Below, piece after piece: positions 50,985-60,975 of a DNA stretch of 64,000 bases. The position numbers and the translations under genes were made by a program. This stretch comes from Ginglymostoma cirratum (taxonomy: Eukaryota), in assembly GCA_024137785.1 (NCBI GenBank), contig JAHRHZ010000251.1, positions 4,071,395 to 4,135,394 on the forward strand, written 5' to 3'. Below the pieces are notes generated by a model, which saw nothing but the letters and a program-made list of their open reading frames with translations, had not been told where the DNA came from and did no database searches. How positions within the stretch are numbered: the stretch's first letter is position 1; the number at the start of each line of letters is the position of its first letter.

Positions 50985-53794
50985 CTGAGAAGGTATAGCA
51001 CAAATGGATTCAGTCCTACAATCAGGTTTTCACATTTTGCTCCAACTTTACTACCACAATTAAAGGCATTCATCTCCAAGCAACACATACTTTTTGTATT
51101 CTTCAATTATTCAGATATCTTTCAGCTCAATGAGAAAGTTAAAAATACCACTTTGCAGACTGTAGTGCAACACAAGTGACATTGAACTTTTAACATGCCA
51201 CACAAAAGAGTCTAGAGCTACACTTTTTAAGAAAAGGCAGAAGGGACCAGCTTTGATACATAACTGAAATGGACTTGCTCCTCTTCTGCCAGGCAAATAT
51301 AGGATTATAAACGTGCAAAAATATTCAGTTACATCTCGTTATAAACCGATACAGTTCAAGAATATGGCTTTCAAAAGGAAAACTTTATTTAATCAAAACC
51401 TAAAAGATGTCTAGCAGAATGAAGTTCAATTCCATTGACAGTGACGTCCAGAAAAGGGATTTGTGCAGATTTGTTGAACATTACAGTAAATGACCTTTCT
51501 GCTTGCTTACCTGGTAAGTTATCTTTTTTATTTAACAAAGTGTGATTTGGCAGAATTGCAGTGTCAAGTTTTCAATAATTTACAATGCTTTATAAAATTT
51601 CTGAACTAGCAATTAAAGTCCAAAATGGAGATGCTGCAATAAACAGTAAAGTGCTGGGAGAATGTTAATCAATAATTATCTCATCCAATGATTTTTAAAT
51701 ACGATCTCCCTAATTCAATTTTATTTGTACATTAATTATAACTTGCAATTGGAGGTTAGTTCAGAACACCAAGGAACCAACTGGCCTCAGTACACATTCT
51801 TATAAATGGTGCTTTGTTCAAAAATAACTACCTGCTAAATTGTTTATTCACAGTCTGATGTCAAGCATAAGGAATTCTGGACTCTCCATCATAAAAAATC
51901 AAACAATTAATAAAAGATGAAAGTGTCCACTGTAGTGGCAGAGTTGAGAAAAGACTTTTTCTTTTCTTGAATCCTTACCCCCTCTTGCCCATCAAAATGT
52001 CATACTTAGCCTCACATCACCTCTCCCAGGTAAAAACTAAAAAAACTCAACTCCTGATTTTCATATCTTGGTAATGATAAGTTAAAGGTATATACCGGCC
52101 TATGATCAGAGAATGGGATTAATTTAAACTACATTAGATTGTTCCAACTTGAGGCTATAGTACCAGAATTTTAATGCTAGATAGCTCATCACTGGCCAGT
52201 GTGATCAAACCCAAATTTCTTAGAATATTTCTGATAGTTCTTCAGCACAGTTCTGGAATAAATGCTAACATTTTGTGTTAATAGTTCAAAGTCAAGTAAC
52301 AATGATTCTTTTCATACTGTACATTATATGAATTATTCTGTATGCTGACGAACAGAAGAAATCAAGGACAACTCATTCCTACTCTAGTTTAGCCTTTTAA
52401 TTCATTTATGATTTTTCTGGACTAATCACAAACAGTACTTTCACTTCATCTTTCTTTCACACTTCCATTATTTTAAAAAAGTTGCAATTTCAACAGTGAG
52501 AAACTGTATACAATTGCAATTAAACAGGCTTCCTAAGTCCCAAATCAGATTAATGGAACTTAAAGCTACTTTGGTTGTGGACTAGCAATAGGGGATTATT
52601 CTGCAAATAGGGGTGGGGGAAAAAGTGAATGTTTGCTAGTCCACTGAATCAAAGCAGTTAGTAGATGATTCTGCAAATGATACAATAGTTGTCATTGATC
52701 TAAAAATATGCTAAATGTTGTCAAATATATACTTGCCCTACAATCTTCGTATTTTACTCACTTTTTCAGAAGCAAATAAGCCAAAAAAACCCATCAATTC
52801 TCATTACATCCATTTCTAGAATAGATAAAAATTTCACCTTTGATGTTCTTCCAAAAATCACCTGCTTCAACCTTTCACTTTTCTAGCAAAAAGAATGGCA
52901 GTGACCACAGCAAAATGGAAGCCAGCTTTAGACCATGGCTTTCATCCTAATGCTGGTGAAACACCAGCTATAAATGGGTATGTTATATCAGCAGAGTAGA
53001 AGTCTCTAATACGAAGCATTCAAAAAACAGCTGAGTACTACAACATGGGGTATGAAACATTGCCTAATGTTGGAAAGATCAATTCTTCATTACAGAAGAT
53101 GCAGTAATGAAATAAAACATTAATGATGAAACAGATGTTAGCTACACCTGTTCAAATGATACCCAAACATTTTAGGAAAAAAACCTATTGGAAAAAGGCC
53201 TATAATTTGGTTCAACTTCCCTCAAGGATTTTATTCCAATTGCTTGCTTCCATAATCACTATCATGAAGGTCAATAATGTGACAGTAGACAGTACTGCTT
53301 TAGGATGGACTGGCCCAGATTTGTTAACAAACAGGATGTTTCTACATAATGAAATTTTGTATAGTACACAAATGCAAATTAGGCTTGACTGGACAAATGC
53401 TTAAAAAGCTTACCTGTAGCCATTTGCATTTCTCAATGTTATATTTATATATAGGTTACTGTAGCACTAGTCACTGCAGTCTGGCTCTCAGAATTGCTTG
53501 TTGGTTCAGCTCCCAAAATACCATTCCTGGCAATGATAGGGGTGAAATGGCCAGTAAAACCAATTCTAAACTGTGACAAAAATAAGTTTTAAATAGAATT
53601 CATATAAAGTTTCAGTAACTGGAGCAAATAGCTACTTTAAAGAATCCTCCTTTCAACATTTATTTTAAATTGTTAAAAATTAAAAATGTACTTGAGAGGG
53701 AAGTTGGTTCTTTATTTTACAGCAGCTGAGACTGACTAGAAAAGCTGAAGACAATGGATTATGCTAAATAAATCAGCAGTTTTTCTTAAATTCA

Positions 53795-54310
53795 TTTGAG
53801 GATGAAGACTTCAAGGGCTCAGCCAGCATTATTGCTAAACCATAATTATCCTTGTGAAAGTGCTAGCAACCTTCCTTTTCGAACCACTGCAGTCCATTTG
53901 GGTAGGTACACCACCATTGTTGAAATCTTGGAGTGCCCTCCCTTGTGACAGTGAAGGAATCGCAATAAAATGTTAAATTAGGATGGTGAGAGGCTTTGAG
54001 AACATGTACCTGTTGCCGCGTCCTCATGGATGCTAGTGGTAGTGAATTTGGAAGGCACATTCTAAAGCAGACTTATAAAATGCACTGCAAAAATTGTAAA
54101 GTGTTACATACTGCTGCTACCGTGCATCTGTGGTGGATGTGTTGCCAGTCAAGCACTTTTTGTCCTGATTGTGTCGAGCTTAGGGTGTTAATGGAGCTGC
54201 ATTAATCCAGGCAAGTGAAGAGTATTCCATCACATTCCTATTTGTGCCTTGCAAGATAGTTGACAGGTTTTGTGGAGTCAGGGAGAATTACTCAGTGTAG
54301 AATTCCTAGT
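53795..54310 (-). mobile_element. CR1-clade LINE 3' fragment (second lineage)
   Basis: Minus strand ends PNGLQWFEK then a CAATAATGCTGGC tail; related pieces near 1-130, 1790-1960, 7335-7460 and 30435-30840. Confidence 0.65.
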
Positions 54311-54539
54311 CTGAATCTAGATTTCTTAGAGCTTAATTTTAAAACGAATCACTCCAAGGACACAGGATGACTGTAATGCGAAATGGCATATGGCACATTG
54401 ATAGAAGTGTGTGGCTGCTCTTGATGTTGGAGCCTTAGTTTCTGGCTAACTAAAGAATAACTGATCTAACAGTAGTAAAGATTGACAATAGCTGTTTGAA
54501 ACAAAACATTTAATTCCTTAGCACATTTTCAAAAATTCA

Positions 54540-55068
54540 TTCACAAGATGTGTGCGCAGCTGGTTAGGCCAGCATTTATTGCCCATCCCTAATTACTCAA
54601 AAGAGAGTTGAGAGACTACATTGCTGCATCTAGAGTCACATGCAGGCCAAATCAAGCAAGGAAAGTAGATTTCCTTCCCTGAAGGCCATCAGTAATGGAC
54701 TTTTTAATGACAGAAGTTATAAACATAAATTGCTGAACAAACTCAGCAGATCTGGCAGCATGTGCCGAGAGTTAACATTTTGCATCCAGCAAGCCTCTTC
54801 AGAACTGAGACTAAAGATGTTAACTATTTTCTCCCTACAGATGCTACCATACCTGCTGAGTTTCTCCAGTGGTTTGGTTTTGCTTCAGATTCCCAGCATC
54901 TGTATTTTTAAGTGGTTAATAGACTAGCATAGTTTACAATTCCAGATTTACTTTTTAATTGAATTCAGATTTCACCATCTGCCATGATAGAATTCAAACC
55001 CATGCCTTCAGAACATCATAACCTGGAGTTCTGGATTACTGGTGCTGTTACCACTATGCCACCATTTC
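54540..55068 (-). mobile_element. tRNA-SINE (same family as 38482) interrupted by a Penelope-like hairpin at about 54725-54908
   Basis: GGCCAGCATTTATTGCCCATCCCTAATT tail and ATTCAAACCCATG B-box region; the insert has inverted ACTCAGCAG / CTGCTGAGT arms. Confidence 0.65.
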
Positions 55069-55949
55069 CCATCATTCAACCTTTTATTGTAATACCCAGA
55101 AAATATCCCAAAGTAGTGACATTACACCCAAAAATTTACCATCCCACATAAAAATACAAGTTATACTGTAAGAAATGTACCAGGGAACCTAAATTGTTTT
55201 GTTCTCTGGTAATAGGCTGGTTTCAACAGTGCATGGGAGGTTTAAGCTGCCCCACGTACCAGAAGACTTTCCCCAACTCTTGATCCAAGAACAGCACATA
55301 TTACTAAGTTGGGGGCATTTTGGGCTCTCACCAGTTTGAGACAGTGGTGGTGGAGGGAAAAGACACACAGGAAGGTTGACTTCGAAAGCAAATCTGGAGG
55401 CCAGAAAAAACCTTGAGACACATGAGATCTTGACCTGAATGAGTAATAAGGGACTCGACCTGTATTTTTGTTACAGAAGAGTGGAGTCAGAGTTTGTGTT
55501 CGGAGACATACGTTGTCAAGTATAACCAAAAAGATGTATTTATTAGCCTGGCTAACTTCTAATGTGAATGAGACTGCATCACACTGTTTCAATGTATACA
55601 CACAAACCTTGCCTAATGTCGAGGTGCAACACTTTGTTCCTACCACTCAAACGTTACCAGCTACTCAAAATTCATTTTAGAGTGATTTAATGGGAATTTA
55701 AAAATCATTGCAGAAACGAGCTACAACTTCAACTCATTCCCTAAAATCTGCAGGTCGAACTTGTCTCATTTGCAAAACCACGTTATTAACCTTTCGAGAG
55801 ATGCAGATAACCCCTGAATTGAAGAAGTAAATCCAAACAAAATTTTTAAAAAGGCATCTGGGAAGGAAGTTCACACTCTCTTTCTCTGCGTTTCTATTTT
55901 TTTTTGGAAAAAAAGTTGGGGGGGTGGAAACTGATGATGCATTGAATTT

Positions 55950-56830
55950 GGGCGGGGTGGGTGACTATGCTGCGGGAGTTGCTGGAGCCTGGGCTGGGCA
56001 GGGCAGGGCTGTGCCCCCACAAACCCCCCTCTCTCCCTCTGCACGTCCTCTGGCAACGCAGCAACCACAAGCGCTCCAGATGCAGCAGAGCGCGGAGATA
56101 AGGTGCAGACCGCTGTCGCCTGCTGCCCTAGGCCCATAGGTGGCTACTTCTCCTACTCACGCTTCACCTGCCCCACCATCCACTCTCCAGGTGCAACTCC
56201 AGGCCTCACCTGCCTCTGGGGAGGCAGGTTTCTTTTCTCTCTCTTTCTACCCGTTATTTTGTGTTTTATTTTCCCGTACCTTCTGGAAATATCCATTAAA
56301 ACCCCTGAGAAAAGCTTCTCTTCGAAACGCAGGGACACTACCAATGCGTCGTCCACGACGTGATCCACCGTTACCCTAACTTCGGAACCTGCCAGGAGTT
56401 TCAAGGCGGCGGCGGCAGCGGCAGCAGCAGCAACGCCAACACCCGCAGCCGCCATTTTGCTTCCTGTCTGTTCTTGAGCGCCGTTTCTCCTCTGCACCCA
56501 CTCCACAGCTCCCCGGCCTGGCTCCGGGGCGGGCCTTGCAGTATCGCCCGCCTCTCTGCCAACCGCCTATTGGCACAAATCAACAGTCATCTTCTTTTGA
56601 TTCGTGTCGTCGAACTATCCATCAACTGTCGTTGGTGCGGCCTATTGTCCTGTAGCTGCGACGAATTGTCGGATTTGCTGTCAATCTATTGAGGTTCGGG
56701 CACGAGGTGCTGCACGATTGGTCCTGAAATAGCTGCTGCGTTGTCATGAGAACCTGCGTCGCTCAAATCCGTTCTGGGATTTGTGAATGGTGAGACAAGC
56801 TGTCAATCAATCATCTTAGCCCCGAGGCTT
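55950..56830 (-). promoter_or_regulatory. PWWP2A CpG island and promoter
   Basis: The only extended CpG-rich tract in the window; GC box GGGGCGGG at 56526-56533, ATTGG near 56569 and 56717, CTGTCAATCA at 56800-56809, YY1-like GCCGCCATTTT across the ATG. Confidence 0.85.
56280..56455 (-). CDS. PWWP2A: PWWP2A exon 1 coding part (MAAAGVGVA9LKLLAGSEVRVTVDHVVDDALVVSLRFEEKLFSGVLMDISR-R)
   Basis: Strong Kozak context AAAATGG; GSEVRVT..H...DALVVS.RF.EKLFSGVLMD matches recalled PWWP2A; donor AG|GTACGG (phase 2) fits the exon 2 acceptor. Confidence 0.93.
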
Positions 56831-58661
56831 AGAGCAGTTTCTGACTCGTTGGACTACTTGTCAATTATCGGCTACCCAGCTATGAGTAAGGTTGTGGCTG
56901 CTATGCAATTGATTAGAATCAATATCGATCTTTGGCGATTGTATATATTAACTGTATCACCGAAACCAAGATTTGTCAAATGATAACTATTAGCAACGTA
57001 ATACTGTACTTTTGAAAAGTTACTTTGCTTTACCCCATCTGTGAGAGCAAATCTTTTGACCCCTTTACTATTTTAAGGACATTTCAGAAAGTCTTGGGAA
57101 GTTAAATGCAATTGTTGAGGAATTCCGTGAGCTCTTGGAGAAAAAGTTCGCACATTTATTGAATTTTAAGCACTCTGAGAAACTGAAATTCACGTTATAT
57201 AGTACTGAAAGCTCTAAAATGCCCAAATGGGTTGAAATGCCTTTCCTTTCATCCCCTCTTATTTCAATGCATTAGTGATGCGCTTTAAACGTAGGGCGAA
57301 GTAGAAGGGTGTGCATTTACTCCCACTTTTCAGTAATTTGCTCAAAACCTGTTTTCCTTGCTTAAATGAAAGAGGTACGAAACATTTCATTAAGCCTCGA
57401 CTGCAATTAGAAACGAGCACGTGATTTACAGAACAGCAATGTTTCCCGTTCAGAGTGGAGGGGAATGATAGCAAGGGGTGGGGGAAGTGTACCCAGCTGC
57501 TTTAAAGCGTATATTTAAATGTGGAAGCAAGACCTCAGTCTGGTGCCTGAAAATATGTAGGAATGCAAATATCTACAACGATGCCCTTTCAGCCGATTGC
57601 TCTAGGTTGGAAACCATTGATATCCACATGCTCAACAACATTCTGCATATATTTGACCCAACAAAATTCCTGGAAAGTGTTTCACTATAACAGAGCTGTT
57701 AAATTATAGTAATTAAATTTGGTGAGCTCATTCTGCACCAGGGGAAAATAATCTTAAATACTTTTCCTCCTCAACCATTTAAAGGTTGTTAGGTGCTAAA
57801 ATTTATGTTTGTGTCTTTATTGGATAATATAGTGAATAGAGATATTTTTGTGAGATAAGTCCAGTTGAAGAATCATCCTCAGCATTTCTGATCAAATTCA
57901 TCCCTATTTACCATGTAATCATTCTTAAATGAAGCCAGTGTTTCGGACTCAATTTTCCCGTACCCGACCATTTATTTTTGTTATTGATCACTCTTTTCAA
58001 GTAAATACTTCCTGACATATCTGATAAAATTGCCCTTCTTGTTCCCTGTTTTAATTTTTTCTTGTGCTCTAGTCCTTTCCTGGCCATGGTCTTCTCTGTC
58101 TCTGTAACCTTCCCTAACCTAACAACACTCCAACATGTCTGCGCTTTGCAATTCTGGTTGTTTGCATGTTGGGATTTTCATCACCAACATTGGTGGTGCA
58201 ACTTCACCTGCCTCGGCCCTAAGCTTTGGAATTCTCTCTCTATTCTTCTCCATCACTCTGATTTCCATAAATCACTCTTTGAAGCAAAAACTTGCCACTT
58301 TTAGTCTCCTGACGTAATAGATTTCTGTGGCTCCTGTAACATTTTTTATGACATTAAAGGCATTGTACAAACACAAGTTGCTTTGTTATGCATTTTAATA
58401 AAAACATCCCCCGTGATGCACAACTTCGTGGCACGGAGCTCTCATGCTGATCTTATTAGTTCAATCATATAATTAGCCTCTGCATGGCCTGTTATGTCAC
58501 ATTGTCCAAAACTCTGCAGCCTACAGACTAAAGTACTGGATAACGTCAGCTTGGTTGCTGAGGTTTGCGGCTCAACTCATTTGGTAATGTAACCTGGAAG
58601 TCTAATCATTAGTGTATTGACACCTTACATTATTTAGTTAACCAGCATCTTCATCTATTAA

Positions 58662-58843
58662 AGATAACAAGGTGTAGAGCTGGATGAACACAGCAGGCCA
58701 AATAGCATCAGGGGAGCAGGAAAGCTGACATTTTGGGCCAAGAGATTTTCTGAGGAAGGGTCTAGGCCCGAAATGTCAGCTTTCCTGCTCCTCTAATGCT
58801 GCTTGGCCTGCTGTGTTCATCCAGCTCTACACCTTGTTATCTC
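58662..58843. mobile_element. Penelope-like fold-back hairpin insertion
   Basis: Near-perfect inverted arms of about 77 bp; perfect 15-bp duplication TCTTCATCTATTAAA (58648-58662, 58844-58858). Confidence 0.88.
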
Positions 58844-60081
58844 TCTTCATCTATTAAACTCTGTCTTGACTGGTTCTATCCCAACCTCGGAGAATAAATT
58901 CCTCCTGCTTTCATTCTTGGCTGGTGCTGTGACTCATAAGGGGAATTTTTTTTTTGAAGATGTCTCTTTCTGAGAATTGACTGCAGTGCTCACTTACACA
59001 GCGTGAGCTGTACCCAACATCTCAATTTATATGGAACTCTGCCTTCCAAATTCTATTCGACACTGAACTACTTACTTATTGCATCTGCCCCCATTGACTT
59101 CTTCCCATATCCTAATGAAAATCCTCTTCTTTGTTTCCAAACTATCTACATTCTCTCACAACATCCCCATGCCCACGTTCAGACATACACGCAGATTCCT
59201 TTGTTTCACCTTAATTCTGAAAATCCCTCTGGCTTTACATTTCCCTAGCCTTAACTTCCAACCACCTGAAAATAAGTCTGCCCACTGGGGGCTAATCTCA
59301 CTAATTTTCTTTCTGTTTCATATCTCTTTGGAATGCACTGGCCGATCAAGCCGTCATTAATCCACTTGGTTCAGAATGCGTAGAATGTAGTTACAATCAA
59401 ATTTATTAATTCGCCTGTTCATAATGTAGATGAAGCAACCACAAAAAGTGCTGGAGAAATTCATCAGGTCTGGCAGCATCTATGGAAAGGGAAACAGAGT
59501 TAACATTTCAAGCCTGATATGACTTATTCAAACTGCAGATGATTGCATCAATATTCTGATATCTATCTGAAAGTTGGCCTGCAAGTGGTCCAATAGTAAA
59601 ACCTTGCCAGACTGACAATGTTCTTCTCTCTGGCAGGGCAGAGATCAAAACCGTGAAACTATTAAGTTTGTTCTTCCAGTATGAGTGTAAGTTTTGAGCT
59701 TTTTGTGGGTGTTGATTTATTTTGTGGAGAGTTCAATGAGGTATCTACCCTTTGCAGTTGGAAGTGCAGTTTGCCTTCTGGTTGGCAGCTTGGTGCCTAT
59801 CCAAAAAAAAAAATCAAGAGATGATGATTGCAACCAGCAGCTGAGTCCCAAACCAGATATGCATTAATACCATTACCTTGGCAGTGAAAGAGGTACACTC
59901 ACCAATTGTGATTTCTTCATTAAGTGAATTTGTAGAAGAGCTGTAGATTTTCAGTTGTGGATATTTACTGCCCAGGACTTCTCTAGTATTGGATACTTTA
60001 TGTGGCTTCAAGGACCTCACAGCACATATGAAATTTCTCAATAGGTTTGAAGAGAGATGAAACCTAGAACTGCTGAAGAGC

Positions 60082-60227
60082 ATCCAAGGAGCAGGAAAGT
60101 TGACGTTTCAAGTCAGGACCCTTCCCCGAAACATCAACTTTCCTGCTCCTCAGATGCTGCCTGGCCTGTTGTGTTCCTCCAGCTCCACCTCGTGTTGTCT
60201 CTGACTCCATCTGCAGTTCTTGCTATC
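60082..60227. mobile_element. Penelope-like short hairpin insertion
   Basis: AGGAGCAGGAAAGTTGA / TCAACTTTCCTGCTCCT arms; duplication ACTGCTGARGAGC (60069-60081, 60228-60240). Confidence 0.78.
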
Positions 60228-60315
60228 ACTGCTGAGGAGCCTCACTGTTTATGCTGCCACAGCACTGGAATCATTTGCATCCTCCACATTCCTACCTTGA
60301 ATGAATGGGGATCTG

Positions 60316-60619
60316 ATTAGAATCCCTACAGTGTGGGAACAGGTCCTTTGGCCCAACAAGTCCACACCGAACCTCAGAGCATCCCACCCAGATCCACCCC
60401 CCCAACAACCCACCTAACCTACACCTCCCTGAACACTACAGGCAATTTAGCATTGCCAATCCACCTAACCTGCACATCTTTGGACTGTGGGAGGAAACCC
60501 ACGCAGACACAGGGAGAATGTGCAAACTCCACAAAGACAGATGCCTGAGGCTGGAATCGAACCCGGGTCCCTGGCGCTTTGAGGCAGTAGTGCTAACCAC
60601 TGAGCCACCGTGCCGCCCC
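60316..60619 (-). mobile_element. HE1-type SINE (well preserved)
   Basis: TAGAATCCCTACAGTGTGG tail, V-domain, GCTAACCACTGAGCCACCGTGCCGCCC head. Confidence 0.93.
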
Positions 60620-60777
60620 AATGTGCATACTTTCATCACCAACATATTTAGATATAGCAGTAAAGTCAAAAACCACTTTGGGATTTGGAGTAGGATACAG
60701 CAGGTCAAGGTGACTTTGAAGGTGGACACCAGGGGAGCAATCCTCCCTCCAGCTTTGCTATCACATGAATCTGAGGC

Positions 60778-60975
60778 CACCTATCCTCTCCTCTATCTGC
60801 CTCCCCCTCTCTCCCTATTTGTTTCAGAACCCTCTTCCCCTCCCCCATTTCTGATGAAGGGTTTAGGCCCGAAACGTCAAGTTTTCCTGCTCCTATGATG
60901 CTGCTTGACCTGCTGTGTTCATCCAGCCATGCTTGTTATCTCGGATTCTCCAGCATCTGCAGTACCTTTTATGTC
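60778..60975 (+). mobile_element. Penelope-like 3' terminal fragment
   Basis: Pyrimidine tract plus the family tail; perfect 12-bp duplication TGAATCTGAGGC (60766-60777, 60976-60987). Confidence 0.85.
60851..60878 (+). ncRNA. Minimal hammerhead-ribozyme-like core within a Penelope-like terminus
   Basis: CTGATGA-A-GGG(TTTAGG)CCC-GAA-ACGT-C: both conserved boxes, stem II and a palindromic ACGT in place of stem III. Stem I is weak. Confidence 0.55.

Noticed and set aside
50985-51106. N-terminal 40 aa of the 593-aa ORF (MKNTKSMCC...)
   Set aside because: Intronic read-through upstream of the acceptor at 50985-50986; the true N-terminus comes from exon 1 at 56280-56455.
56456-56506. Upstream extension MEWVQRRNG... 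in the ORF track
   Set aside because: It begins at a GTG; the ATG at 56455 has a strong Kozak context and the MAA start typical of the orthologue.
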